From Sporomusaceae bacterium (GTDB lineage: Bacteria; Bacillota; Negativicutes; Acidaminococcales; JAJUGR01): a stretch of 64,000 nt of DNA. The position numbers and the translations under genes are program-made. Shown here piece after piece: positions 21,898 through 31,151 of the stretch (the stretch's first letter is position 1; every line of letters begins with the position of its first letter). The notes below the pieces were generated by a model that had not been told where the DNA came from, searched no databases, and was given only the letters and a program-made list of their open reading frames with translations. Where the stretch lies: contig JAJUGR010000009.1 of NCBI GenBank assembly GCA_029265905.1, positions 9,176 through 73,175 on the forward strand, in the 5' to 3' direction.

Positions 21898-24288
21898 ATG
21901 GACAAAGAAAATGCACTGTTGCTCTGGTTTGAAACAATCAACCGTGAAGATGTGGCCATCGTCGGGGGAAAATCAGCATCATTGGGCGAAATGACGTCGA
22001 AAACCGCGGTGCCGGTTCCGTACGGATTTGCGACAAGCGCGCATGCCTACCGCTATTTTGTTGAAAAAAGCGGGCTGAACAAAAAAATCGAAGCGCTGCT
22101 GGCCGGCCTGACCGACGTGGAAAACGGCCCGATGCTGCGCCAGGTGAGCAAGCAAGTGCGCGAGGCGATCATGGCGGCCCAAATGCCGGACGATCTAGCG
22201 GAAGCGATTCGCAACGCCTACCGCGAACTGGGTGAAAAGGTTGGCGAGATGAACCCGTTTGTCGCCGTCCGTTCCAGCGCGACGGCGGAAGATTTGCCCG
22301 ATGCCAGCTTTGCCGGCCAGCAGGAGAGCTACCTGAACGTTCGCGGCGCCGATGAAGTGATTGATAAAGTGAAAGAGTGCTACGCCTCCACGTTTACTGA
22401 CCGGGCGGTTTATTACCGGGTGAAAAAGGGCTTTGAACACCTGGACGTTGCCTTGAGCGCCGTCGTGCAAATGATGGTTTTCTCCAAAGCGTCCGGCGTC
22501 ATGTTCACCGTGGACGTGGCCACCGGCAATGATAAGAATATCATGATTGAAGGCGCCTGGGGCCTTGGCGAATACGTTGTGCAAGGGATCGTGACGCCCG
22601 ATATTTACCTGGTTGAAAAGCAGTCGCTGTCAATTGTGGAGCAGGTCGTGACTGAAAAGAAGGTGCAGCTTATCCGCATGCCGGGCGGCGGTTGCGAGGA
22701 TGCGGCTGTGCCGGCGGAATTGGTTCATGCGCCGGTGCTGTCGCCGGGACAGGTGCGCGAACTGGCCGGCTACGCCTTGGCGATTGAAAAGCATTACGGC
22801 TGCTACATGGATATTGAGTGGGGCATTGACGAGCGGAACAACAAATTGTGGATTTTGCAGGCGCGCCCGGAAACCGTCTGGTCGCGGCGCAACAAAACAA
22901 ATGAACAAACCGCAAATAAGGAGGCGCAACCAGTGACAAGCGAACGGCGCGTAGTGGCGAAAGGCCTGCCGGCCAGCCCCGGCAAAGTATCCGGCATTGC
23001 CCGTGTTATCCTCGATCCTTCTTTGATCGACACCTTCCATGAGGGTGAAATTTTGATCACCGAAATGACCGCACCGGACTGGGTGCCGGCTATGAAAAAG
23101 GCAAAAGCGATTGTCACCGATTCGGGCGGCATGACCTGCCACGCCTCGATCGTCAGCCGCGAACTCGGCATCCCGTGCGTCGTTGGCACGAAGAGCCGGG
23201 GAACGGCCGGCACGCTGGCCATTGAAAACGGCACGCCGGTCACGGTTGACGCAACGCACGGCATTGTGTACGCCGGCATTTTGGAAGAGGCGGCGCAAAA
23301 GGAACAGCAGCCGGCGCAGCAAGCGGCTGTTGCGGCGGAAGTTTTCCCGGTGACGGGCACGAAGATCTACATGAACCTGGGCGACCCCGATCTGGCGGAA
23401 AAATACGGCGTTCTGCCCTGCGACGGCATCGGCTTGATGCGCGAAGAATTTATCTGGACGACCTACATTCACGAGCATCCGCTGCACCTGATTGAAACGG
23501 GCCGGGCCGATGTGGTTGTCGACAAGCTGGCCGAAGGCATGCAGAAGGTTTGCCAGGCACTGTCGCCGCGGCCGGTTACGCTGCGCTTCAGCGATTTCAA
23601 ATCCAGCGAATACCGCGACTTGAAGGGCGGCGATAAGTTTGAGCCGTATGAGCCGAGTGCGCTCCTGGGCTGGCGCGGCGCTTCCCGCTACTATGATCCG
23701 AAATATATTGAAGCCTTCCGCCTTGAAATTCAGGCGGTGAAAAAAGTGCGCGAAGAATACGGCTTGAAAAACCTGCATGTCATGATCCCCTTCTGCCGTT
23801 CTGTTGACGAAGCGGCCAAGGTTACGGCGATCATGGCGGCGGAGGGCCTGCAAAGAGGGCCTGACTTCAAGGTTTGGCTGATGGCGGAAATCCCCTCCAA
23901 TATCATTATGGCCGATCAGTTCAACCAGTATGTCGACGGTTATTCCATCGGCTCTAACGACCTGACGATGCTGGTCTTGGGCTGCGACCGCGACAACGAC
24001 ACGGTTTCGCACATCTTTGACGAGCGCAACCTGGCGGTCAAACGGGCGATCCGCCACTTGATCGAGGTGGCGCACAAGGCGGGCAAGACCGTATCGATTT
24101 GCGGACAGGCGCCGAGCGTCTATCCGGATTTCACCGAATTTTTGATTCGCAGCGGCATTGACTCCATATCCGTCAACCCCGACATGGTCGGTTTCACCAA
24201 AAAGCTGGTGGCGCAAGTTGAACAGCGCGTCATGCTGGAAGCCTTGACCGGCCGCGGCATTGCCGAAAAGGAAGATTACACCTGGTAG
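21898..24288 (+). CDS. ppsA: Phosphoenolpyruvate synthase (pyruvate, water dikinase)
   Basis: VGGKSASLGEM, VRSSATAEDLPDASFAGQQESY, QARPETV, phospho-His GGMTCHASIVSRELG, GSNDLT; 796 aa. Confidence 0.95.
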   Translation: MDKENALLLWFETINREDVAIVGGKSASLGEMTSKTAVPVPYGFATSAHAYRYFVEKSGLNKKIEALLAGLTDVENGPMLRQVSKQVREAIMAAQMPDDLAEAIRNAYRELGEKVGEMNPFVAVRSSATAEDLPDASFAGQQESYLNVRGADEVIDKVKECYASTFTDRAVYYRVKKGFEHLDVALSAVVQMMVFSKASGVMFTVDVATGNDKNIMIEGAWGLGEYVVQGIVTPDIYLVEKQSLSIVEQVVTEKKVQLIRMPGGGCEDAAVPAELVHAPVLSPGQVRELAGYALAIEKHYGCYMDIEWGIDERNNKLWILQARPETVWSRRNKTNEQTANKEAQPVTSERRVVAKGLPASPGKVSGIARVILDPSLIDTFHEGEILITEMTAPDWVPAMKKAKAIVTDSGGMTCHASIVSRELGIPCVVGTKSRGTAGTLAIENGTPVTVDATHGIVYAGILEEAAQKEQQPAQQAAVAAEVFPVTGTKIYMNLGDPDLAEKYGVLPCDGIGLMREEFIWTTYIHEHPLHLIETGRADVVVDKLAEGMQKVCQALSPRPVTLRFSDFKSSEYRDLKGGDKFEPYEPSALLGWRGASRYYDPKYIEAFRLEIQAVKKVREEYGLKNLHVMIPFCRSVDEAAKVTAIMAAEGLQRGPDFKVWLMAEIPSNIIMADQFNQYVDGYSIGSNDLTMLVLGCDRDNDTVSHIFDERNLAVKRAIRHLIEVAHKAGKTVSICGQAPSVYPDFTEFLIRSGIDSISVNPDMVGFTKKLVAQVEQRVMLEALTGRGIAEKEDYTW

Positions 24289-24299
24289 CATGAAATGGG

Positions 24300-24338
24300 A
24301 AAATCGTTGCAGGGGCTTCTCTCTGCAACGATTTTTTT
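24300..24338 (+). terminator. Terminator after ppsA
   Basis: AAAATCGTTGCAG / CTGCAACGATTTT stem followed by a T-run. Confidence 0.85.
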
Positions 24339-24405
24339 AGAAACAGGAGCATTTTTTCGGCAGGCGTATTATAATAAAATAACCGCTTTGGATTACAGGA
24401 GAGGG

Positions 24406-25065
24406 GTGAAGAGCATTTCGCTGTCAACGAGGCAACGCACTATTGTCGATATTGTAAAAAACGAGGGACCCATCACCGGCGAGCAAATCGCCGAGCGGGT
24501 TCATGTTACGCGAGCCGCCCTGCGATCTGACCTTGCTATTTTGGTGATGAGCGGCTTGCTCGATGCCAGACCCAAGGTGGGGTATTTCTATACCGGAAAA
24601 AATACGCTGGCTTTTTTTACGGAAGAGCTGAAACTGGTGCTTGTGCGGGATATCCAATCCGTACCGGTCGTGTTGCCGGTGACGGCGACGGCCCATGATG
24701 CAGCGGTGACGCTGTTTTTGGAAGACGTGGGCACGCTTTTTCTCGTCGAAGGACAGGGAGTCTTGGCCGGCGTTGTTTCACGCAAGGATTTGCTGAAGGC
24801 CGCTTTGGGGAAAGGCGGTGATTTGAGCCAGGTGCCGGTCAAAATGGTGATGACGCCGCTGTCCAAACTCATCGTAACCGAGCCGGAAGAATCGGTGGTC
24901 ACGGCGGCGCGAAAAATCATCGATAACGAGGTCGATGCGCTGCCGGTCGTCCGGCCCTTGGAAAGCGGCGGCCGGGATTATGAGGTTGTCGGGCGGTTAA
25001 CAAAAACGAACCTGGCGCGGTTGCTGGTCGATCTCGCTGAAGGGAAAAGGGGGTACTCATCATAG
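24406..25065 (+). CDS. ccpN: CcpN-like HTH plus CBS transcriptional repressor
   Basis: GPITGEQIA..TRAALRSDLAILVMSGLLDARPKVGYFYTG matches B. subtilis CcpN as I recall it; two CBS domains; adjacent to a yqfL/ppsR gene. Start is GTG 24406 or ATT 24415. Confidence 0.88.
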   Translation: MKSISLSTRQRTIVDIVKNEGPITGEQIAERVHVTRAALRSDLAILVMSGLLDARPKVGYFYTGKNTLAFFTEELKLVLVRDIQSVPVVLPVTATAHDAAVTLFLEDVGTLFLVEGQGVLAGVVSRKDLLKAALGKGGDLSQVPVKMVMTPLSKLIVTEPEESVVTAARKIIDNEVDALPVVRPLESGGRDYEVVGRLTKTNLARLLVDLAEGKRGYSS

Positions 25066-25880
25066 CGAACCTGCCAATTATTTATGCCATCTCCGACTCG
25101 ATCGGCGAAACGGCCGAATCTGTCGCCAAAGCGACGGCCAGCCAGTTTAATTCGGGCAAGTTTGATATTGTTCGTATTCCGTATGTCGATTCGGTGGAGC
25201 AAGTGGAAAAAGCCGTGAAAGAGGCGTCTGAGCACCATTCGCTCATTTGCCATACGCTCGTTTCGCCGGACCTGCGGGAGGCGTTCGACCGAATGGCGGC
25301 TGAGTACGACGTGGTGGCCGTGGACATTCTAGGCCCGATGCTGCGGGCGGTTCAGGAAGTTTCCGGCCTACAGCCCAAAAACCAGCCGGGCTTGATCCAC
25401 ACGCTCGACCAGGAGTATTTCAAGCGGGTGGAAGCGGTTGAATTTGCCGTTAAATATGATGACGGCAAAAATCCCTGGGGGCTGCTCAAGGCCGACATCG
25501 TTATTCTCGGCGTGTCACGCACGTCGAAGACGCCGCTCAGCATGTATCTGGCCCATAAGCGCCTCAAAGTGGCCAACGTGCCGCTGGTGCCGGAAATCAT
25601 GCCGCCGGAGGAGTTGTTCCGCGTGCCGCCGCAAAAAATCGTCGGCCTGATTATCGACCCCTTTAAGTTGAATGAAATCCGCGCCGAGCGCCTGAAAACC
25701 ATGGGGCTTACGGCCGACGCCAGTTACGCCAACGTCACCCGCATTTCGGAAGAACTGGAGTATGCAAAAGCGATCATGCGCAAGCTGCATTGCACCGTCA
25801 TCGATGTCTCCAACCGGGCCATTGAAGAGACGGCCAACATGATCTTAGAGCATGCCAAACGCATTGAAGCACTGAAATAA
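25062..25880 (+). CDS. Pyruvate dikinase/PEP synthase regulatory kinase-phosphorylase (PSRP/DUF299, YqfL)
   Basis: Frame is open from 25041: IYAISDSIGETAE, YFKRVEAVEFAVKYDDG, GVSRTSKTP, DVSNRAIEETA. No ATG/GTG/TTG occurs before the N-terminal motif; ATA 25062 is proposed. Confidence 0.93.
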   Translation: MANLPIIYAISDSIGETAESVAKATASQFNSGKFDIVRIPYVDSVEQVEKAVKEASEHHSLICHTLVSPDLREAFDRMAAEYDVVAVDILGPMLRAVQEVSGLQPKNQPGLIHTLDQEYFKRVEAVEFAVKYDDGKNPWGLLKADIVILGVSRTSKTPLSMYLAHKRLKVANVPLVPEIMPPEELFRVPPQKIVGLIIDPFKLNEIRAERLKTMGLTADASYANVTRISEELEYAKAIMRKLHCTVIDVSNRAIEETANMILEHAKRIEALK

Positions 25881-25914
25881 AAAAATCACCTGCCGCTTGC
25901 GGCAGGTGATTTTT
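25881..25914. terminator. Bidirectional terminator between ppsR and the lptA-like gene
   Basis: AAAAATCACCTGCCGC TT GCGGCAGGTGATTTTT perfect inverted repeat between convergent genes. Confidence 0.88.
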
Positions 25915-25930
25915 GATTGAGGTCGTATTA

Positions 25931-26407
25931 CTATTCTAGAAACACGTTGCTGATGACGTTGTAGACGGCCCGGTCGACGCGCGTGACGGAATCGTTGCGC
26001 CGGATCACGACATTGCCGGTAAAAACGGCCTGCTTCGTCTTCCAGTTATAAGTAGCCTCGTCGGATTCAATGGACAGCCCGTTGCGGGAAAAACGGATCT
26101 TACCGCTGATGTCAGCTTGCTTTTTTGTGCCATATACGTAAACGCTGTCGCCGGAAAAGTTGATGTCGTCTTGCTTCAGGGTAATCCCGCCGTTGCCCCA
26201 GACCTCCATGCCGGCCATGTCAACGCGCGCTTCGCCGGCTGTAATGATGCGGTTGCCGGTTTCAATGTAAACGTTGCCTTTGAGGACATAAAGCCCGGTC
26301 GTCGGATCGAGATACTGCTGATCGGAGCGGATGACTGGCTTGGCGGCAAAGGCGCCTGCAGCCGGCAATAAAACAAGAAGCAGCAGGAGCGCCACAATGC
26401 GTTTCAT
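25931..26407 (-). CDS. LptA/OstA-like secreted beta-jellyroll protein
   Basis: Signal peptide ending AFA; repeated strands (LKGNVYIE, ITAGEA, IESDEATYNW, VFTGNVVIRR) typical of LptA/LptD-N domains; recognised by pattern only. Confidence 0.7.
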   Translation of the reverse strand: MKRIVALLLLLVLLPAAGAFAAKPVIRSDQQYLDPTTGLYVLKGNVYIETGNRIITAGEARVDMAGMEVWGNGGITLKQDDINFSGDSVYVYGTKKQADISGKIRFSRNGLSIESDEATYNWKTKQAVFTGNVVIRRNDSVTRVDRAVYNVISNVFLE

Positions 26408-26483
26408 TCATTAATCACCTCTGATTATTATTATAGCAGAAAATTACATGTGTGAATAGAAGGATTGGGAGAGGACGTTCGGT

Positions 26484-27470
26484 ATGACAAGGATACGGCA
26501 ACGCTTGGAAGAGCAGGAATGGATCAATCTGCATGCGGCGGCGGCAAAGAGCAGCGAGGCCGTTCGGGTGGTGCCGGAAGAGCCGTGCCCGCTGCGGACG
26601 GCGTTTCAGCGCGACCGAGACCGCATTTTACACAGCAAGGCTTTCCGGCGGTTAAAACAAAAGACACAGGTCTACATAACACCGGGCGATCATTTCCGCA
26701 CGCGCATGACGCATAGCTTGGAGGTAGCCCAAATCGCACGCACGATTGCGCGGGCCTTGGCGCTCAACGAGGATTTGACCGAAGCGATTGCCCTGGGGCA
26801 CGACGTGGGGCATACGCCGTTTGGCCACGCCGGCGAATTGGTGTTAGATGAACTGACGGGCCATTTTCGCCACAATGAGCAAAGCTTGCGGGTGGTGGAT
26901 TATTTTGGCCGCGAAGACAGGGGGCTTAACCTGACCGAAGCGGTGCGGGACGGGATTTTGCACCATACGGGCCCGGGCATGCCAAAAACTTTGGAAGGCA
27001 AGATCGTGCGGGTGGCTGACCGCATGGCGTATTTATGCCACGACTATGACGATGGCTTGCGGGCGGGCATCCTGCAGCCCGGCGATTTGCCGCCGGCTGT
27101 CTGCATGGTGTTAGGGGAAAATCCTTCGGCGATGATCACGGCGATGGTGACTGACATGATTTTCACCTCGCAAAATCTTGACGACATCGGACAGTCGCCC
27201 CAGGTCGGCGAGGCGATGGCGGCGTTTCGCGAGTTTATGTTTGAGCGTGTTTATTTTTCGGAAACGCTGGCCGCCGACCGGAAAAAAGCGCAGCTAGTGG
27301 TTCGCAACCTGCAGGAGCTGTTTTTGTCTTCGCCCGAGCTGCTGCCTGTCGAGTATCGGGGCCATGTGGCGCGATGGGGGATTGAGCAGGCGACAGTCGA
27401 CTATATTGCCGGACTGACCGACTCGTACGCGATTCGTTTGTTTCAGCAACATTTCATACCGGCAATGTGA
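26484..27470 (+). CDS. dGTP triphosphohydrolase-like HD protein
   Basis: FQRDRDRILHSKAFRRL, RTRMTHSLEV, GHDVGHTPFGHAGE, DYIAGLTD. Confidence 0.93.
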   Translation: MTRIRQRLEEQEWINLHAAAAKSSEAVRVVPEEPCPLRTAFQRDRDRILHSKAFRRLKQKTQVYITPGDHFRTRMTHSLEVAQIARTIARALALNEDLTEAIALGHDVGHTPFGHAGELVLDELTGHFRHNEQSLRVVDYFGREDRGLNLTEAVRDGILHHTGPGMPKTLEGKIVRVADRMAYLCHDYDDGLRAGILQPGDLPPAVCMVLGENPSAMITAMVTDMIFTSQNLDDIGQSPQVGEAMAAFREFMFERVYFSETLAADRKKAQLVVRNLQELFLSSPELLPVEYRGHVARWGIEQATVDYIAGLTDSYAIRLFQQHFIPAM

Positions 27471-27479
27471 GAATAAGAA

Positions 27480-27508
27480 AGAGGATATCGGCGCAAGGCA
27501 TTGAATAT
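27480..27508 (+). promoter_or_regulatory. sigmaH-type promoter upstream of dnaG-rpoD
   Basis: AGAGGATAT-N11-ATTGAATAT; the B. subtilis dnaG-sigA operon is known to have sigmaH promoters. Confidence 0.7.
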
Positions 27509-27554
27509 ACTGTAATAGAAGAATGGCAAGTAAACAGGTTCCGGAGGGAATGGA

Positions 27555-29345
27555 ATGCGAGATGGACGCTATCAGGCCTGGATTGAGCGAATCAAGGCTG
27601 AAAGCGATATTGTGTCGGTGGTAAACGGTTACACGAAGTTGGAGCGGCGGGGCAGAACGTACTGGGGCTGCTGCCCCTTTCACCAGGAGAAAACGCCGTC
27701 CTTTTCGGTTACGCCGGACAAGGGGCTTTTTTATTGCTTTGGCTGTCAGGCGGGCGGCGATGTTATCAGCTTTCTGATGAAGGTTGACCATTTGACGTTC
27801 ATGGACGCGGCCAAGAAATTGTCCGTTCAGCTGCACATCCCGGTTCCCGAACGGGAGCAAACGCCGCAAGAGCAGGCGCGGGAAAAGCAACTGGCGAAGA
27901 TACGGGAGGCAAATGGGCTGGCGGCCCGCTTTTTTCACGCCTGTCTTGAACAAACGGAACAAGGCCGCCTGATGCGGCAGTACCTGCGCAACCGGGGAAT
28001 CGACAAGGAGACAAGCGAAAAGTTCATGCTGGGCGCGGCGCTTGATCGCTGGGACGCTTTGTTCAAGGCCTTGTCAAAGCGGGGCGTAGAGCCGGAAATA
28101 ATGCTGGCTGCCGGCCTGATCGTCAAACGCGAAAAAGGCGACGGGTATTATGACCGCTTCCGCAATCGCGTCATGTTTCCGATCAAAGACGCCCACGGGC
28201 GGGTGGTCGGATTCGGCGGCCGCGCCATGGGCGACGCTTCGCCGAAATATTTGAATACAGGCGAGACGGAATGGTTTAACAAGCGCCAATTGCTGTATGC
28301 GCTTGACATTGCGCTGCCGGTGATCCGCAAGGAACGTCAGGCCATAGTCGTGGAGGGGTATATGGACGCCATTTCCATGCATGCGGCAGGACTGCAGCAA
28401 ACGGTCGCCTCCCTGGGAACGGCCTTTTCCGAGCAGCAGGCGCGCCTCTTGGCCAAAATTGCGGATTCGGTTTGTTTTGCTTATGACAGCGACGCGGCCG
28501 GGCAGCAGGCTACCGGCAGGGCGTTGGAGATAGTCAGGAAAATCGGCCTCAAGGCGAAGGTCTTGTTGCTGCCTGACGGCAAGGATCCTGATGAATACGT
28601 TCGCAACCATGGGGCGCAGGCGATGGTGGCCCTCTTGAACCGGGCGGTGTCGCCGCTGACCTTCCAGGTTGAACAAGTACTCGCCAAAGCGAATTTGTCC
28701 ACGCTGGCAGGAAAAATTGAGGCCGTGTCGAATATACTACCATTCCTGGCAGACGCGGAAAGTACTGTTGAAGTTGCCGAGCAGGTGCGTCAGCTCGCGG
28801 GGCGGCTCGCTATCGATGAAGGCGTGGTGCAAAGCGAGCTTCGTGCCTATCTGCGAAAAACCGGCACCAGGCAGCCGGCGCTCGCGCCGGCTTACCGTCG
28901 CCGCGGGCCGGTTGAAACGGCCTGGGTTGAGGCGGAACGCCAATTAGTACTGTTAATGCTGTATGATCCGGGGTTGACGCCTTATCTGGCAGCCGAGCTG
29001 CCGGAAGGCTTTTTGGGGGAAGAGCGGGCGGAGATTTTCCGGGTTTTGTGCGAAAAGCATGCGGCCGGTGAAAAGCCTTCCGGCGAGTCCTTGGTCGGCA
29101 TGCTTCCGGAGCGGGCCGGAGCCGAACTGGCCAGAATACTGGTTACTGACTATGTGCCGCCGGAGGATATGATGAAGACGGTGGAAGACCTACTGCGCCA
29201 AGTGCAGCGGGCCAGACTAGAGCAGCGGTATGAACAGCACCGGTTGCAGGCTGATGAATTTGAACGGATGGGGGATAGCCGCTTTTTGCAGGAATTAGCA
29301 GAAAGTCAGCGAATTAAAGATGAAATTAAAAGATTGTTGGGTTAG
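27555..29345 (+). CDS. dnaG: DNA primase
   Basis: CPFHQEKTPSF..CFGC zinc finger, DRFRNRVMFPI, PKYLNT, TOPRIM VEGYMD and YDSDAAG. Confidence 0.98.
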   Translation: MRDGRYQAWIERIKAESDIVSVVNGYTKLERRGRTYWGCCPFHQEKTPSFSVTPDKGLFYCFGCQAGGDVISFLMKVDHLTFMDAAKKLSVQLHIPVPEREQTPQEQAREKQLAKIREANGLAARFFHACLEQTEQGRLMRQYLRNRGIDKETSEKFMLGAALDRWDALFKALSKRGVEPEIMLAAGLIVKREKGDGYYDRFRNRVMFPIKDAHGRVVGFGGRAMGDASPKYLNTGETEWFNKRQLLYALDIALPVIRKERQAIVVEGYMDAISMHAAGLQQTVASLGTAFSEQQARLLAKIADSVCFAYDSDAAGQQATGRALEIVRKIGLKAKVLLLPDGKDPDEYVRNHGAQAMVALLNRAVSPLTFQVEQVLAKANLSTLAGKIEAVSNILPFLADAESTVEVAEQVRQLAGRLAIDEGVVQSELRAYLRKTGTRQPALAPAYRRRGPVETAWVEAERQLVLLMLYDPGLTPYLAAELPEGFLGEERAEIFRVLCEKHAAGEKPSGESLVGMLPERAGAELARILVTDYVPPEDMMKTVEDLLRQVQRARLEQRYEQHRLQADEFERMGDSRFLQELAESQRIKDEIKRLLG

Positions 29346-29402
29346 TTGTTGTGATGGTCGTAGCAGCCTTGTACAGGCATCAGAGGGAAAGGGGGGGATT
29401 GC

Positions 29403-31004
29403 ATGACTTCCAAAAAGTTGCCTCAAGAACAAGTGAATGAGTTGTTGCATAAAGGGAAGAAGCGTGGCGGCATGCTGACCTATAAAGAAGTTATGGACTC
29501 CATGCAGGCGGAAGAGCTCTCCCCTGATGACATTGACGATATGTATGAGCTTTTTTCGCACAAGGGCATTGAAATTGTCGACGAACTCCCCGATGGGGCC
29601 GTGCCTGAAGCGCCTGACCTGCCCATTGTCGAGGAGGAAGGCGAAGAGAGCCGCGAAGAGCTTGATTTGGACCTCTCGATTCCCGAGGGGATCAGCATCG
29701 ATGACCCCGTCCGCATGTACCTAAAGGAGATTGGCCGCGTTCCCCTTCTGACGGGGGAAGATGAAATCAAGCTGGCCAAGCGGATGGACAAAGGCAATCA
29801 GGCGGCGTTGATCCGCGACCGCGGCGAGGTGGCGTCTGTTGCCGCCCTCAGGCCGGTCGGTGACGAATCGTTTGAGGAATTGTTCGAACGCGTTAATCAT
29901 ATGCTGGCGGAGGAAACGGCCTCAATCGTCAAGCGTGACGTCGAGGCAGTGCTTGTTTCGCTGATCCAAAAGGCCGCGGCTGACGGCAACCAGCTGACTT
30001 CGGCCGACGTGCAGGTGACGGGCGCTGAACTGACGCGTGACGAGACGCAGCAAATCACGCGCAGCCTGGTGGCGCACAAAATCAATATCATGTCGGCGCC
30101 GCCGGTCGTGCTGAAGGCGCAGACTACGGACAAGGAAGGAAACTACCTGGCCGAAATCAACACGTTCCTGGATTGCATCGGCACCCGCTTGGAGCATGAT
30201 AATGACGCTTATGCGTTCGTCGCGTACCAGGAATGTCAAAAACGTTTTTCCGGCTTGCTCAACCAGGTCATTGACAAGGGCGAGGCGGCGAAACGCTGCC
30301 TGTCGGAAGCAAACCTGCGCTTGGTTGTCAGCATTGCCAAGCGGTATGTCGGACGCGGCATGCTGTTTTTGGACTTGATCCAAGAGGGCAACCTCGGCTT
30401 GATTAAAGCGGTTGAGAAGTTCGACTACAACAAAGGCTATAAGTTCAGCACGTATGCGACCTGGTGGATTCGTCAGGCGATTACGCGGGCGATTGCCGAT
30501 CAGGCGCGGACGATACGCATTCCCGTGCACATGGTGGAAACGATCAACAAATTGATCCGCGTCTCGCGCCAACTCCTGCAGGAACTGGGCCGCGAGCCGC
30601 TGCCGGAAGAGATTGCCAAGGAAATGGACACCACCGTGGAACGCGTGCGGGAAATCATGAAAATCGCCCAAGAGCCGGTTTCGCTGGAAACGCCGATCGG
30701 CGAGGAAGAAGATTCGCATTTGGGCGATTTCATCGAAGACCAGGATGCGCCGGCCCCGGCGGATGCCGCCTCCTTCATCCTGCTGCGCGAGCAGCTCGAG
30801 GAAGTGCTGGAAACGCTGACGCCGCGGGAAAAGAAGGTGCTCCAGCTGCGCTTCGGGCTCGAGGACGGCCGCAGCCGGACGCTCGAAGAAGTCGGGCAGC
30901 ATTTCGGGGTTACCCGCGAACGGATTCGCCAAATCGAGGCGAAAGCGCTGCGCAAGCTCCGCCATCCGAGCCGCAGCAAAAAGCTGAAGGACTTCTTAGA
31001 GTAG
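29403..31004 (+). CDS. rpoD: RNA polymerase primary sigma factor RpoD/SigA with a large insertion
   Basis: Region 1.1, [47 protein letters not shown], region 4 [16 protein letters not shown]; 533 aa. Confidence 0.98.
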   Translation: MTSKKLPQEQVNELLHKGKKRGGMLTYKEVMDSMQAEELSPDDIDDMYELFSHKGIEIVDELPDGAVPEAPDLPIVEEEGEESREELDLDLSIPEGISIDDPVRMYLKEIGRVPLLTGEDEIKLAKRMDKGNQAALIRDRGEVASVAALRPVGDESFEELFERVNHMLAEETASIVKRDVEAVLVSLIQKAAADGNQLTSADVQVTGAELTRDETQQITRSLVAHKINIMSAPPVVLKAQTTDKEGNYLAEINTFLDCIGTRLEHDNDAYAFVAYQECQKRFSGLLNQVIDKGEAAKRCLSEANLRLVVSIAKRYVGRGMLFLDLIQEGNLGLIKAVEKFDYNKGYKFSTYATWWIRQAITRAIADQARTIRIPVHMVETINKLIRVSRQLLQELGREPLPEEIAKEMDTTVERVREIMKIAQEPVSLETPIGEEEDSHLGDFIEDQDAPAPADAASFILLREQLEEVLETLTPREKKVLQLRFGLEDGRSRTLEEVGQHFGVTRERIRQIEAKALRKLRHPSRSKKLKDFLE

Positions 31005-31031
31005 AGCTTGTCTAATGGCAACGGACTGCGC

Positions 31032-31060
31032 TTGACAGGAAAGTTGCGGCGCTCTATAAT
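31032..31060 (+). promoter_or_regulatory. Consensus sigmaA promoter of the tRNA pair
   Basis: TTGACA-N17-TATAAT. Confidence 0.92.
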
Positions 31061-31073
31061 ATAGCCGTTACTT

Positions 31074-31148
31074 TCCTCGATAGCTCAATGGTAGAGCACG
31101 CGGCTGTTAACCGCGGGGTTGTAGGTTCGAGTCCTACTCGAGGAGCCA
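31074..31148 (+). tRNA. tRNA-Asn (GTT)
   Basis: Acceptor stem TCCTCGA/TCGAGGA, anticodon GTT at 31106-31108, GTTCGAGTC T-loop, encoded CCA. Confidence 0.97.
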
Positions 31149-31151
31149 TAC

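Noticed and set aside
22630-24291. 553-aa minus-strand ORF opposite ppsA
   Set aside because: Shadow ORF from GC-rich codon usage; fully overlaps a well-supported gene.
24343-24371. sigmaH-like motif before ccpN (ACAGGAGCA-N11-GGCGTATTA)
   Set aside because: Mismatches in both boxes, and it overlaps a TATAAT that more simply explains the promoter.
29796-30281. rpoD insertion as an intein or intron
   Set aside because: No N-terminal Cys/Ser, no His-Asn end, no LAGLIDADG or HNH motif; the frame is continuous.
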